Of a stretch of 64,000 nucleotides of DNA, positions 39,505-49,832 are shown piece after piece. The DNA comes from Candidatus Thorarchaeota archaeon SMTZ1-45. GTDB taxonomy: Archaea > Asgardarchaeota > Thorarchaeia > Thorarchaeales > Thorarchaeaceae. Below the pieces are notes generated by a model that was not told where the DNA came from, searched no databases, and was given only the letters and a program-made list of their open reading frames with translations. Within the stretch, counting starts at the first letter, position 1, and each line of letters begins with the position of its first letter. The stretch is taken from assembly GCA_001563335.1 (NCBI GenBank), contig LRSL01000086.1, positions 15,087 to 79,086 on the forward strand, read 5' to 3'. The position numbers and the translations under genes are program-made.

Positions 39505-40002
39505 TTGATGAGGGATATGGAGGACTTAGAAATGCATGAGGAGGAACTAAGAGAACTCATCACAGAAATTCGTGCCGCACGATCAAACCCAAAGAAGCTA
39601 AAGACTCTGCTTAACAAGTATGAGAATGAATTTGGAACTCAAGCAGAGAAACGAGTTCTGGAGATCATCGCTGAAGATACTGAGAAGTCATGGGTGGGAA
39701 TTGCTGAGGAAAGAGAGAATAATGACATTCAGGGCATCCTTGATACATTATGGGAGTCCTTTGAACGAGTGGGAGGAGAGTTCACTGTCAAGAGGACAAA
39801 AGATTCAGCACAGATTCACTGTACAAAGTGCCCAATGGCTGACACGTACCTCAAGATTGGAAAGCCTGAGTATGGATTGATTTTTCATTGCAGTACTGAT
39901 CCACACATTGTAGCCGGATTCAATCCGAAGATGGAGTTTAGAATCACAAAGAGGCTCATGACTGGGGATGAGTGTTGCAATCATTATTATCGTTTGAAAT
40001 GA
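39505..40002 (+). CDS. L-2-amino-thiazoline-4-carboxylate hydrolase-like protein
   Basis: CTKCPMA...HCSTD...GFNP...LMTGDECC. Confidence 0.8.
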   Translation: MMRDMEDLEMHEEELRELITEIRAARSNPKKLKTLLNKYENEFGTQAEKRVLEIIAEDTEKSWVGIAEERENNDIQGILDTLWESFERVGGEFTVKRTKDSAQIHCTKCPMADTYLKIGKPEYGLIFHCSTDPHIVAGFNPKMEFRITKRLMTGDECCNHYYRLK

Positions 40003-40086
40003 CATCTCCAAATGTGAAAGTCTGAAGAATGCTAGCAGATGAAAATCCAAAAACCTCATTATTGATGAATGTGAATAGTGTAGAAC

Positions 40087-40629
40087 ATGTCATTAGAAGG
40101 GTATCCTAATTGGATTCGAGGTATTGATGTATTTATTGGACTCGTTACAATCATTGTAGGAGCCTGGATCTTATTAAGTCCAGATCTTGTTGAAGCCACT
40201 TTAGTACTCGCGATGGCTATTGGTCTTTTTCTAATCGGTGTGGTAAGATTTGGGAAAGGTATCACCATGAGTGGCTTGACAATGACAAGCCGTGCCATGA
40301 AGATATTGAGTGGTATTGGAGCAATTGTCCTCTCGATTCTTTCTTTTATATTTAGTAGTTTGACGATAGTAGCCTTGATTTCATTACTAACCTTCGCAAT
40401 AATGATACTAGGAATTTCAAGGATTGTTGTTGGGTATAATGAGAAGACATTATCGGCTTGGGTGAGATGGATGAATATTCTTGGTGGAGGAATTGTATTC
40501 TTCTTTGGATTCTTTGCAGCAATTCTTTCAGGTTTAGGATTCTTTACACTTAGGCTGCTGATATCTTGTGCGTTTATGGTCCTAGGACTTATCCGAATTG
40601 CAGCTGCATCGAAAGGGGAGTTGACGTAG
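40087..40629 (+). CDS. HdeD/DUF308-like membrane protein
   Basis: Six hydrophobic helices with repeated G.xR motif. Confidence 0.75.
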   Translation: MSLEGYPNWIRGIDVFIGLVTIIVGAWILLSPDLVEATLVLAMAIGLFLIGVVRFGKGITMSGLTMTSRAMKILSGIGAIVLSILSFIFSSLTIVALISLLTFAIMILGISRIVVGYNEKTLSAWVRWMNILGGGIVFFFGFFAAILSGLGFFTLRLLISCAFMVLGLIRIAAASKGELT

Positions 40630-40653
40630 AAAGAAAAAGAGAGAGAGGATTGT

Positions 40654-41241
40654 ATGCCAACTAAAGAAAAAGGTGCACGCATTCCACAAAGAAGTGCATA
40701 TACAGTGAAGAATTTGCTTGGGGATCTCAAGAAACTCAAACTGACACCAAGCACACTCTACACTGTCGGAACTGAAATCATCTACTTCGAGTGGACACAA
40801 GCTCGTGAAGAATTAGGGGAGCAGGATGAGATTACTATACATCTTGAGGAACTTATGAGATTCATGCAAACAGATTATGAAAGACGGCTCTTACAGGGCG
40901 AATTAAGACGCGAAAAGGATACTCCTAACGAAGCAATTAACACTTTTCTTAAAGAAACACCTATTGAGTTTCAGTCTTATGTGCTCAAAAGACCTGGACC
41001 TTTTGTACAAGGAGTATTGCAAGCAATGCATACTCAAAGTGAGAGAGAGATAGCACGTTACAAAAGAACAGAGAACGGAATTCGTAAAGAGTTAGAAGAA
41101 CATCCAAAAGATCCTGAGTTGTGGAATCATCTTCGTCTTGTGCTTTGGATTATTGGTCAATATGATGACGCAAGTGATGCGTATAAACGAGCCAAAATAT
41201 TCGGATGGGACAAGACTAAGTCAAAGATTGTTGGAATATAG
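40654..41241 (+). CDS. Hypothetical protein with C-terminal TPR
   Basis: PKDPELWNHLRLVLWIIGQYDDASDAYKRA. Confidence 0.75.
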   Translation: MPTKEKGARIPQRSAYTVKNLLGDLKKLKLTPSTLYTVGTEIIYFEWTQAREELGEQDEITIHLEELMRFMQTDYERRLLQGELRREKDTPNEAINTFLKETPIEFQSYVLKRPGPFVQGVLQAMHTQSEREIARYKRTENGIRKELEEHPKDPELWNHLRLVLWIIGQYDDASDAYKRAKIFGWDKTKSKIVGI

Positions 41242-41330
41242 CATTAGCCCTCTCAAATACCTGATTGGAATCGGTGGGTTTGAATACATCTTATGTTCTT
41301 GATATATCTAAACCAGAAGGAGGTTTTTGA

Positions 41331-41747
41331 ATGACATCAAAAGAATTAATGGAAATGTTGAATCAAGCTATTGCGAGAGAGATACAAGTAAGTATACAAT
41401 ATATGTGGCAGCATGTCAGGATTTATGGATTTGACCATCTAGCAATTGCTGAAGAGCTGAAGAAAACTGCAATCGCAGAGATGAAACATGCTGAGAGCAT
41501 TGCAGAGAGAGGTGACTATCTTGGGGGTGTTCCTACCACGACTCCGGCAATAATAACAGTTGTAAACAAACCACAAGAAATGATCACTCTTGATATGCAT
41601 GCAGAGGAGGAGGCTATTGAACTTTACAAGAAGATTATAGAGCGTGCAGATGAAGAGAAAGACTATGTGACTCGAGAACTTTTTGAGAACATACTCTCAG
41701 ATGAGGAAGATCATCACAACGTGTTCAGGACTTTACTTGAGAAGTAG
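41331..41747 (+). CDS. Bacterioferritin-like protein
   Basis: E...QY..QH, EMKHAE, EEEAI..Y, DEEDH. Confidence 0.88.
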   Translation: MTSKELMEMLNQAIAREIQVSIQYMWQHVRIYGFDHLAIAEELKKTAIAEMKHAESIAERGDYLGGVPTTTPAIITVVNKPQEMITLDMHAEEEAIELYKKIIERADEEKDYVTRELFENILSDEEDHHNVFRTLLEK

Positions 41748-41763
41748 AGAGCTAGAATAACAT

Positions 41764-44274
41764 TCAAAATTCAGCATATCTGTAGAAGACCCACTTGACA
41801 AGTTCAGTGGAGATTACATAGAGAATAGCAATTGCTAGAAGAATACCTATGACAAACAAAGACAAAGGAGTGAAACTAAGAATCAAAGCAGCAGGTGAAT
41901 ATGGCAAGAAAAGAACAATCAGTAATACTGCAATTGATGAGCCAAAAAGACGTTTGCTTGGTCTACTCTTCCAGAAGAGTCTTCGTGTCCTGATTACAAG
42001 CATTATGAGCAATTCGGTTATAACAGACAGGACAAACCATCCTGTCTGAAATAGAGTTTCTGTTGAGTGGAGTAATAGTAGAAAGACTGCGAATGTGAGA
42101 AGATCAAATAGTGTGCTCTGCAGACCAAAGGTGGCCATAAACTGCGTTATAAAGCGTATATTCCATCTTCGTGGTTTGTCTATTAATTCCTCATCCACAT
42201 CGTCAGTTGAAATTGTAGTCGCAGGAAAGTCTGTTAGCAAGTTGATTGTGAGTATTTGTTTGGGTAGCAATGGTAAGAATGGTAGGATTAGGGAGGCAAA
42301 TGCCATGCTAAACATATTACCAAAATTTGCACTTGTTGTGACAAAGATGTATTTCATCGTATTGGCAAATGTCTTTCTGCCAGAATCAACACCTTTGATT
42401 AATACATCAAGATTCTTCTCAAGGAGAACAATCTCTGCAGCCTGTTTGGCAACGTCAACCGCTCCTTCAACGGATATGCCGACATCAGCTGCATGGATTG
42501 CAGACGCATCATTTATGCCATCTCCCATGAATCCGACTACATATCCTGATTTCCTAAGTGAAAGAATTACACGCTCCTTTTGATTCGGTTCCACTTCTGC
42601 AAATATGTCTGTTTGACCTGCTTGCACCATTAATGCTTCGTCACTCATTTGACGTAATTGTGTTCCTGTAATGATCTTTGGTTGTGCTATACCTATTTGG
42701 GTTGCCAGATTCGTGGCGACGAGCTTGTTATCACCGGTTATCATTTTGAACTGAATCATTCGATCCTGCAGGTTGGCAATTACTCGGTCAATTCCAGGTT
42801 TCGGAGGGTCATAAAGTACAATGAAACCCAAGAAGGTCATATCTGATTCGAAGCTTCGGTCAATCGTTTCTACCAATCCAACATTTCGATAAGCAACCCC
42901 TATGGTTCGATAGCCCTGACTGCTGAAATCCGCCAGTTTTGCTAGTATTCTGCTTTTTGCTTCTTCAACAGACATTGTCACATTTGAATTAATTTGTACT
43001 TGAGAGCACACGTCCAGTACATTTTGAACAGCACCTTTTGTAATTAGAATGTTAACTCCGTCTTCAGCAATCAAGATACTGAGTTTCTTGCGCACGAAAT
43101 CAAATGGCAATTCGTCAGATTTAGAATAGTTATGAACATCAAAATTGCTGCTCTTTATTATCGCTTCGTCAATTGGATTAGTATATCCGCTCTGATAGTA
43201 GGCATTGAGATAGGCATAGAAACGGACTTGGTCGTTTGGATTCCCCTCAATGTCCACAGATGAATGAACTACAACCCGTCCTTCTGTTACTGTCCCTGTT
43301 TTGTCAGAACACAAGAGATTCATAGATCCAAAGTCCTCGATGGAATTGAGACGTTTGACAATTACCTTTTCATTTGCCATCTGCTGTGCACCTTTTGCAA
43401 GGTTAATACTTATGACAGCAGGCAGTAGTTGTGGTGTAATACCTACAGCAAGAGCTAGAGCGAACATCAATGAATCAAATACAGGTCGATTGGAGTAGAC
43501 ATTGAGTGCAAAAATCGCAACTATGAAGATTAGGGTGAGCTCCATTAATAAATATCCGAATCTCGTTATCCCCCTCTCGAATTCTGTCACTGGAGGCTTG
43601 ACTCTTAGCCTTTCTGAAATCTCTCCCAATTGGGTCTGCAATCCAGTAAGGACGACTACTGCTTTCCCGGTGCCGCTTACAACACTTGTTCCCATAAACA
43701 AAGCATTTTGTCGTAAATCTGACTCTTTCAATTCCTGAGATTGTTGTTTCTTTTCAGCAGGAAATGTTTCTCCTGTCAAAGCTGCTTCATTCACATAGAA
43801 ATCCTTAGAGTCCAATATTCTGCAGTCGCCAGGAATGATGTCACCGGCATTAAGGATTACAATGTCACCTGGAACTATCTGTTCCAGAGGAACTTCGATT
43901 TCACCTTGATCTCTTAGAACTGCAACACGAATCTTAATCATTTCAAGGAGCTTTTCTACAGCATCAGTAGTCGTTTTTTCTTGCCAAAACCCAAGGCTAC
44001 TACTCAAAACCAAGATGCCCGCAATTATCAGACCGTCAATATTGTCGCTCGTTGCAAAAGCTAGAATTGAAGAAAATAGAAGAATAAGGATTATTGGACT
44101 TTTGAATTGACTAGCAAGTATAGAGAGAGCGTCTGTTCTTTTTTTTGGCTTCAGCCTGTTAGGTCCATATTTGGCCAGTCTATCTTTTGCCTCTTCTGAT
44201 GTGAGACCTATGGTAGTTGTACCAAGTTCTTGAATTAAGACATTCAAGTCTTCAGTCCAGAGGTCAACCCCCAT
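41764..44274 (-). CDS. mgtA: Mg2+-transporting P-type ATPase
   Basis: LTGET, CSDKTGT, TGDN, GDGINDA, SANFGNMFS. Confidence 0.9.
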   Translation of the reverse strand: MGVDLWTEDLNVLIQELGTTTIGLTSEEAKDRLAKYGPNRLKPKKRTDALSILASQFKSPIILILLFSSILAFATSDNIDGLIIAGILVLSSSLGFWQEKTTTDAVEKLLEMIKIRVAVLRDQGEIEVPLEQIVPGDIVILNAGDIIPGDCRILDSKDFYVNEAALTGETFPAEKKQQSQELKESDLRQNALFMGTSVVSGTGKAVVVLTGLQTQLGEISERLRVKPPVTEFERGITRFGYLLMELTLIFIVAIFALNVYSNRPVFDSLMFALALAVGITPQLLPAVISINLAKGAQQMANEKVIVKRLNSIEDFGSMNLLCSDKTGTVTEGRVVVHSSVDIEGNPNDQVRFYAYLNAYYQSGYTNPIDEAIIKSSNFDVHNYSKSDELPFDFVRKKLSILIAEDGVNILITKGAVQNVLDVCSQVQINSNVTMSVEEAKSRILAKLADFSSQGYRTIGVAYRNVGLVETIDRSFESDMTFLGFIVLYDPPKPGIDRVIANLQDRMIQFKMITGDNKLVATNLATQIGIAQPKIITGTQLRQMSDEALMVQAGQTDIFAEVEPNQKERVILSLRKSGYVVGFMGDGINDASAIHAADVGISVEGAVDVAKQAAEIVLLEKNLDVLIKGVDSGRKTFANTMKYIFVTTSANFGNMFSMAFASLILPFLPLLPKQILTINLLTDFPATTISTDDVDEELIDKPRRWNIRFITQFMATFGLQSTLFDLLTFAVFLLLLHSTETLFQTGWFVLSVITELLIMLVIRTRRLFWKSRPSKRLFGSSIAVLLIVLFLPYSPAALILSFTPLSLFVIGILLAIAILYVISTELVKWVFYRYAEF

Positions 44275-44417
44275 TCAGCTCACTCAACAATCTTAAGGCA
44301 ATCTATCATTTATGCATTAGGATTGTGATAGATAAAAGTAGATTTCTTAAAGTCATAAGGAGAGAGCTGTCGTTGAGCTCATTTAGCAAGTTTTTCTTTT
44401 CAGTTGCAAGACCATAA

Positions 44418-44828
44418 CTATCCGATTCTTTTGCGCACTCGTTCAGCAGCTCTCGCACGTGTATGTTCAGCCATATATATCATTGAAAACAGAATACCTC
44501 CAATCACAAGAAAGAAGGCATCTGGTATTAGGAGGCTTTCCATTGCTAATGTTATACATATTGGGATAAAATGCAAGAATGCAAGTAGCAGGACAACATA
44601 ATGATTTTCTAATCTTCCTCCAAATACGCCAATGGCAAGCAAAACTATTAGACTGGATAAAGACACGAGAGTTAGAATGATTTGAAGATTGACCAAGATT
44701 GCTGTGAATGTAATCTGCTGTATCAAAGTGATTAACCAGTTACCATATATTCCAATGACGATTCCCTCAAATAACATCAGTTGTTCGTTCCTAGTTACAT
44801 TTTGATTTGATTGGTCAGATGAGGTCAT
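44418..44828 (-). CDS. Membrane protein (4 TM)
   Basis: Hydrophobic ORF with GGAGA upstream. Confidence 0.65.
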   Translation of the reverse strand: MTSSDQSNQNVTRNEQLMLFEGIVIGIYGNWLITLIQQITFTAILVNLQIILTLVSLSSLIVLLAIGVFGGRLENHYVVLLLAFLHFIPICITLAMESLLIPDAFFLVIGGILFSMIYMAEHTRARAAERVRKRIG

Positions 44829-44934
44829 GACGAAGATTTCTCCAAAGAAATCGGATGGAAAATGAGATTAAATCTTATCCCTCAACCTTACCTAGATTTA
44901 GTAATGCTCTCCAAAAGAATCAGGCTGGAAGCCC

Positions 44935-45153
44935 TCATTTCCCATCATCATGTCGCCAAATCATTATTGCGAGTATGATGAGAATAACACCAGTCATCCA
45001 GTGATGATACTGAAATCCAAATAGTGCAATGTGATACTCGCTTAGGTCTGGAAGAATATGTCCAATTGGAAAACCAAACATCCACAGTTCGTCCGTAAGA
45101 AATACAATCCCTACAAGCGTCAGTAGAATTGCGAACATTTTCTTTTTCGACAT
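44935..45153 (-). CDS. Small membrane protein
   Basis: Two TMs with a YHHW motif. Confidence 0.6.
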   Translation of the reverse strand: MSKKKMFAILLTLVGIVFLTDELWMFGFPIGHILPDLSEYHIALFGFQYHHWMTGVILIILAIMIWRHDDGK

Positions 45154-45553
45154 TCTGGTTTCCCAGTACTGTAAATATTTTCGACAGGAACAGATAATGT
45201 CGATTATAGGTGTTTTGATATTGCGTTTAAAGGATGTGAATAGTGATTCACACTACGAGTAGCATTTAAAGAGATTAAGTGATTATTTAATAAAGAGCTA
45301 ATAAAACTTGAAAATGACTTAAAATATCTATTATGCCTATTTTCCCCCTTATAAGGCAAAAGATTCGTAATACTAATAAGTGGAAAATCCTGTTTTTAAT
45401 GTTAGAAAGAAGGACGAAAAACACGCATACAGGTCTAATATTCATAGACCGTCGATGTTCATAGGCGTTCCATTGACGCTAATAATTAATAGTAACGGAC
45501 CAAGCGCAAATGTCCTGCTTATCAATACCAAAATGCTGAATCCGCTACAATAG

Positions 45554-45757
45554 GTGATATACATGAAGGAAAAACTGAGAGAGAGGTTACCAATTATCGA
45601 GTGGCCTGATATAGAGAGAAGAATGGCAATAATATCACGAATGACGAGTGAACCCCCAGCTAAAACACAGAAAAAAGAGAGTCCAGAGCTAGTAGAGAGG
45701 ACTGATATTCCATCTCCTTTCTCAGGTGAATCTTCAGAGATTGAAAGGAAAATCTAG
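45554..45757 (+). CDS. Small hypothetical protein upstream of kamA
   Basis: AGGTGA SD before ATG at 45563; charged, disordered sequence. Confidence 0.55.
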   Translation: MIYMKEKLRERLPIIEWPDIERRMAIISRMTSEPPAKTQKKESPELVERTDIPSPFSGESSEIERKI

Positions 45758-45774
45758 GCAAGTGTTGGGATAGT

Positions 45775-46884
45775 ATGAGCTGGGATCTACTTCTAGAAGA
45801 CAGTATATCAACTGTTGAGGATTTAGCTGATTATTTGCATGTGAACGACAAAGACAAAGCTGTATTGAAGGAAATCTGTCAGGATCATCCACTAAGGATA
45901 TCTAAATACTACCTATCTTTGATTGACAAAGAGGATGCTGAAGATCCCATTAAGAAACTGGCTGTACCTCTAACTCATGAGAGTTATTTGGAGGGGAGCT
46001 ATGACACGAGCGGTGAAAAGGTAAATACCGTTTTACCCGGATTGCAGCATAAGTACAAAGAAACTGCTGTAATTCTATCGACAAATGAATGCGCCATGTA
46101 TTGTCGACATTGTTTTCGAAAGCGATTGGTTGGATTGAATACTGATGAAGTTGTTCAAGACATTCAAATCGTAGCAGATTACATTGAGAAACATAAAGAG
46201 ATTAGCAACGTTCTCATCACTGGAGGCGATCCTTTTGTATTGCCAAATGGTCGCATACAAGAGTTTCTAGAAGTTTTGACAGAAATAGAGCATCTTGATT
46301 TTATAAGATTTGGAACAAGAGTTCCTGTCACTTTCCCCCAAAGAATTCTTTCAGACGAGAATCTAATAGAGATTCTGGAATCCTATTCCAAAAAGAAGAA
46401 ACATCTGTATATAGTCACTCAGTTCAATCATTCTCGAGAAATAACTAAAGAATCAATTGAGGCCTGCAATCGTCTTCAAGATGTAGGAATACTAGTCAGT
46501 AATCAGACTGTGCTTTTGAGAGGTGTCAATGATGATTCAGAAACAATGGCACAACTACAAAGGGGTCTTGTGCGAATTGGTGTAGTGCCATATTACGTAT
46601 TTCAATGTCGACCTGTGAAACGGGTGAAAAGGCACTTCCAAGTTCCACTTTATGAGGCTTGCAAGATAATGGAAGAAACACATGCCAAGTTAGATGGACA
46701 TACTAAGAGGTTTCGTTTCATTATGTCACATCCAACTGGGAAGATTGAGATTCTAGGTATCGATGGAAACCAATTCCTCTTCAAATATCATCAAGCCAAG
46801 GATTCCAGAGATTATGGTAAGATTTTCACTAGGAAAGTTGACAAGACATCTGCTTGGTTAGACGATTTAGAAATTGACACGTGA
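45775..46884 (+). CDS. kamA: KamA-family radical SAM (lysine 2,3-aminomutase-like)
   Basis: GLQHKY, CAMYCRHCFRKR, TGGDP, NQTVLLRGVND, PYYVFQC. Confidence 0.88.
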   Translation: MSWDLLLEDSISTVEDLADYLHVNDKDKAVLKEICQDHPLRISKYYLSLIDKEDAEDPIKKLAVPLTHESYLEGSYDTSGEKVNTVLPGLQHKYKETAVILSTNECAMYCRHCFRKRLVGLNTDEVVQDIQIVADYIEKHKEISNVLITGGDPFVLPNGRIQEFLEVLTEIEHLDFIRFGTRVPVTFPQRILSDENLIEILESYSKKKKHLYIVTQFNHSREITKESIEACNRLQDVGILVSNQTVLLRGVNDDSETMAQLQRGLVRIGVVPYYVFQCRPVKRVKRHFQVPLYEACKIMEETHAKLDGHTKRFRFIMSHPTGKIEILGIDGNQFLFKYHQAKDSRDYGKIFTRKVDKTSAWLDDLEIDT

Positions 46885-46916
46885 TTAGCACTTTGTGTTT
46901 ACTATGTTCAACCTGA

Positions 46917-47918
46917 TTAGTGTGTCTTTATATCAAGCTCTCGAACAAGCTCTTTGTACCTGTTCCGGACAGTAACTTCAGTCACTCCTGCTGCAGATGC
47001 AATCTCTCGTTGTGTCACTTTATTATTAGTGAGAATAGATGCGATGTAAAGAGCTCCAGCAGCTATTCCTCGAGGGTCACGTCCTATGAGTAATCTACCG
47101 TGGTCTTTTGCATCCTTTAGCACATCTAAAACAGTTTCTTGCATCACTCCTGGTAATTCAAGCTCTGTTATTAGCTTTGGAACATAGTTCATTGGATCTG
47201 GGATAGGCAATCGCAGTTTGAGTTTCCGTACTAAAAACCGGTAATATCGACCAATTACTTTCCATTCGATGTGTGTGTGTCGACCAATTTCCTTTAATGA
47301 TCGGGGGATTTCTCTCAGACGAAATGAAGCATATATTGATGCAGCTGCAAGTGCATCAATGGACCGACTTCGTACTTTTTTCTTAACTATGAGCCTTCTG
47401 TACAACATAGCTGCGAGTTCACTGACACTCTTTTTAAGACCCAGCTGAGAAGACAGTCTCTCAATTTCGGACAATGCTCTTGAGAGGTTTGTTTCGGCAG
47501 AACTGTGAACTCTACTACGAATCTGCCATTTCCGTAGTCGAGATATTTTGGCTCTTCTCTCTGATGAAAACCTCTTGCCTGAAGAGTCCTTATTTCTCCA
47601 ATCTATTATGGTGGATAAGCCTTTATCATGAAACATGAGTTTTACAGGGCTTCCAGCCCTCGCTCGAGACTTCCTTTCATCAGCTGTGAAAGCTCTCCAT
47701 TCTGGTCCATTATCGATTCGGCGATCACTTATCACAAGACCACACATAGCACAAACTGTTTCTCCGGTCTTTGTTTTTCGAATAGCCTTTTTCGAACCAC
47801 ATTCAGAACATGCATCAGTAGTTGATGTTGTATCAGCTTTGTTCAATCTTCTGCTAGTTGCATTGGAACCCATTATCGAAATACTACCACCTGCGACGTC
47901 GTCTGCCATAACGATCAT
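46917..47918 (-). CDS. tfb: Transcription initiation factor IIB
   Basis: Zn ribbon CSECG...CAMCG, GPEWRAF, two cyclin repeats, VTEVTVRNRYKEL. Confidence 0.95.
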   Translation of the reverse strand: MIVMADDVAGGSISIMGSNATSRRLNKADTTSTTDACSECGSKKAIRKTKTGETVCAMCGLVISDRRIDNGPEWRAFTADERKSRARAGSPVKLMFHDKGLSTIIDWRNKDSSGKRFSSERRAKISRLRKWQIRSRVHSSAETNLSRALSEIERLSSQLGLKKSVSELAAMLYRRLIVKKKVRSRSIDALAAASIYASFRLREIPRSLKEIGRHTHIEWKVIGRYYRFLVRKLKLRLPIPDPMNYVPKLITELELPGVMQETVLDVLKDAKDHGRLLIGRDPRGIAAGALYIASILTNNKVTQREIASAAGVTEVTVRNRYKELVRELDIKTH

Positions 47919-48414
47919 ATCTTGAGTTTCGGTCGCGGCTTCTTCTTACAGAGTAAATAGCCTCACCGGAATCTCCTTTCCTATCATAAGGCTGATAGTA
48001 ATGTCGTGGTCTTGGGCTTCGATAATCCTTCGTAGACATGTCAACATCATGGTTGACGTTTTCAATATCGTTCTCAGCTTTTTTGATTTCACTGTGACGA
48101 CCTATCTTTAACTGCAGATTTCCTCTAAAGAAGCCTGTATACCCATTCTCAAGTTTATAGGTTGTTCCAATCTCAATTTTCTCTATTTTGTCATTCCATA
48201 GTGGAAGTTTTACTATACCAGTTTCATCTCCAACAGTGGCATCAGCGACTCGATGAGTTTCAAATGTGCGACGGGATGTTACTTCTCTCACTTCACCTTT
48301 TTCTAAAACCTTGAAAATCAAATCCACATGTTTCATTCGTGGTTTTAATTCCTCAATCTTTATCTCGTTAGAGTCTTTGGTCTTTGTTTCATCATTTTCA
48401 ATTTCAGAAGTCAT
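47884..48414 (-). CDS. Single-OB-fold ssDNA-binding protein with Arg-rich tail
   Basis: VADATVGDETG...LWND...ENGY...GNLQLKIGR. Confidence 0.88.
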   Translation of the reverse strand: MTSEIENDETKTKDSNEIKIEELKPRMKHVDLIFKVLEKGEVREVTSRRTFETHRVADATVGDETGIVKLPLWNDKIEKIEIGTTYKLENGYTGFFRGNLQLKIGRHSEIKKAENDIENVNHDVDMSTKDYRSPRPRHYYQPYDRKGDSGEAIYSVRRSRDRNSRYDRYGRRRRRW

Positions 48415-48684
48415 TCAAATCACTTACACCAAATCAAGGGACGTCTAAACTACAATCACGAAGTTAATTCCTATGTAATTCGACACGGAAATCATCAAAT
48501 GCAACGACCCTTCATTATCATTAATTCGCAGATTGCCTTTTTAAATGTCAGCCTATGTAAAGCACTGATATTGTCATTTTTGAATAAAATGGATTTAATA
48601 AATCCAAAAATACTGAAAATAACTCTATTATATCCGAAATATTCATATCTCTTCTCTACTCGAAACACAAGAGAAGAGAAACTC

Positions 48685-48817
48685 ACTAACGAACCCTATG
48701 CCATGCACCACTGGACAGGAGATTCAGTATTGTGTAGGAATCAGGCGCAGGTGTCAAGTTTGTGTGTTGGTAATAAGAACAACCAATGCAAATACTCTAG
48801 CCTCATTGGGTTCGAGT
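48685..48817 (+). ncRNA. Candidate structured 5' leader RNA
   Basis: Closing stem CGAACCC-T-ATG/CAT-T-GGGTTCG enclosing two internal stems; ends just before an SD. Confidence 0.45.
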
Positions 48818-48836
48818 AGAATGAAGGTGAAAAATA

Positions 48837-49070
48837 TTGAAGCACACATCAGGAGAGATTATTGCAGCTCAAATTGCAAACATCCCAAATAGCAATCGTG
48901 GTTATGGATATATTACCATTGAAACTCCAAACAAGGAGCATGTTAAACTGAAAGTTGATGCAATGACCAAATACGATACTGTTGAAAGAGGAGAACATGT
49001 GACTATAGAATACGACAATCTAGGGGGCACAGAGATTCTTTCAGCTAAGAAGATTCTCAGAAAGACATGA
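48837..49070 (+). CDS. Small OB-fold-like protein
   Basis: AAGGTGA SD; beta-rich GYGYITIET...GEHVTIEY. Confidence 0.7.
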   Translation: MKHTSGEIIAAQIANIPNSNRGYGYITIETPNKEHVKLKVDAMTKYDTVERGEHVTIEYDNLGGTEILSAKKILRKT

Positions 49071-49091
49071 TATTTAGAGGACTCAATAGTT

Positions 49092-49631
49092 ATGGGAAAA
49101 AGACCAGGACACTGCTATCGAGATTGTGACAGGCCACCCTACACTCGGAAAAGGTACATCTATAGAAGACCTACAAATAAGATTACTAGCTTTGATATGG
49201 GCAACCCATCAGGTGATTTCAAGGCAAAATTATCTTTGATTGGTCTTGAGAGATGCCAAATACGACATCAAGCCCTTGAAGCGGCTCGTATTGCATCAAA
49301 TCGGCTAATGATGAGGAATGTTGGCAGACAGAATTATCACCTACGAGTTCGTGTAAAGCCGTTTCATTTCTTGAGAGAGAACAAAATGATTTCAGGTGCT
49401 GGAGCAGATCGAATCCAAGATGGAATGCGTTTAGCGTTTGGGAAAGTCATTGGTATTGCAGCTAGAATCAAACCGAAGCAACCAATAATTTCAATCAGAT
49501 GTGACAACAAACACATCAAGCAAGCGCAGCAAGCTCTGAAAAGAGCTGCACCCAAGCTCCCGACCCCATGCAAGATTATTTTTGACAAGATTGATTCCAA
49601 ATTAAAACAGAGCATGGGATATGGATTTTAG
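49092..49631 (+). CDS. rpl10e: 50S ribosomal protein uL16 (L10e)
   Basis: ALEAARI, LRENKM...GADRIQDGMRLAFGK, ALKRA..KLP. Confidence 0.95.
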   Translation: MGKRPGHCYRDCDRPPYTRKRYIYRRPTNKITSFDMGNPSGDFKAKLSLIGLERCQIRHQALEAARIASNRLMMRNVGRQNYHLRVRVKPFHFLRENKMISGAGADRIQDGMRLAFGKVIGIAARIKPKQPIISIRCDNKHIKQAQQALKRAAPKLPTPCKIIFDKIDSKLKQSMGYGF

Positions 49632-49832
49632 GGGTCTGGGTTTATAGGCCTGTGTTTCTTTCGAGAAGATATGATATGAAGTATAGAAGATCTTTATGGT
49701 TTGTTCGATTAATTGCAGGCAACTCTAAGGGAGAAAATATAGTCATTTTCTCAATCCTCTTCCTAGGAGGATAATCTATCAAATCTTGAATCTAGCTGAG
49801 TATTTGACACGAGTGTCCTGAGTGCATCTCTG

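Noticed and set aside
40059-40754. Long antisense ORFs such as 40059-40754, 25749-26336, 42095-42583 and 2455-2949
   Set aside because: They overlap well-supported genes on the opposite strand and show no family motifs.
45534-45560. c-di-AMP (ydaO) riboswitch suggested by GCTGAATCC before kamA
   Set aside because: The downstream conserved elements of that riboswitch are absent and the sequence runs straight into an SD and ORF.
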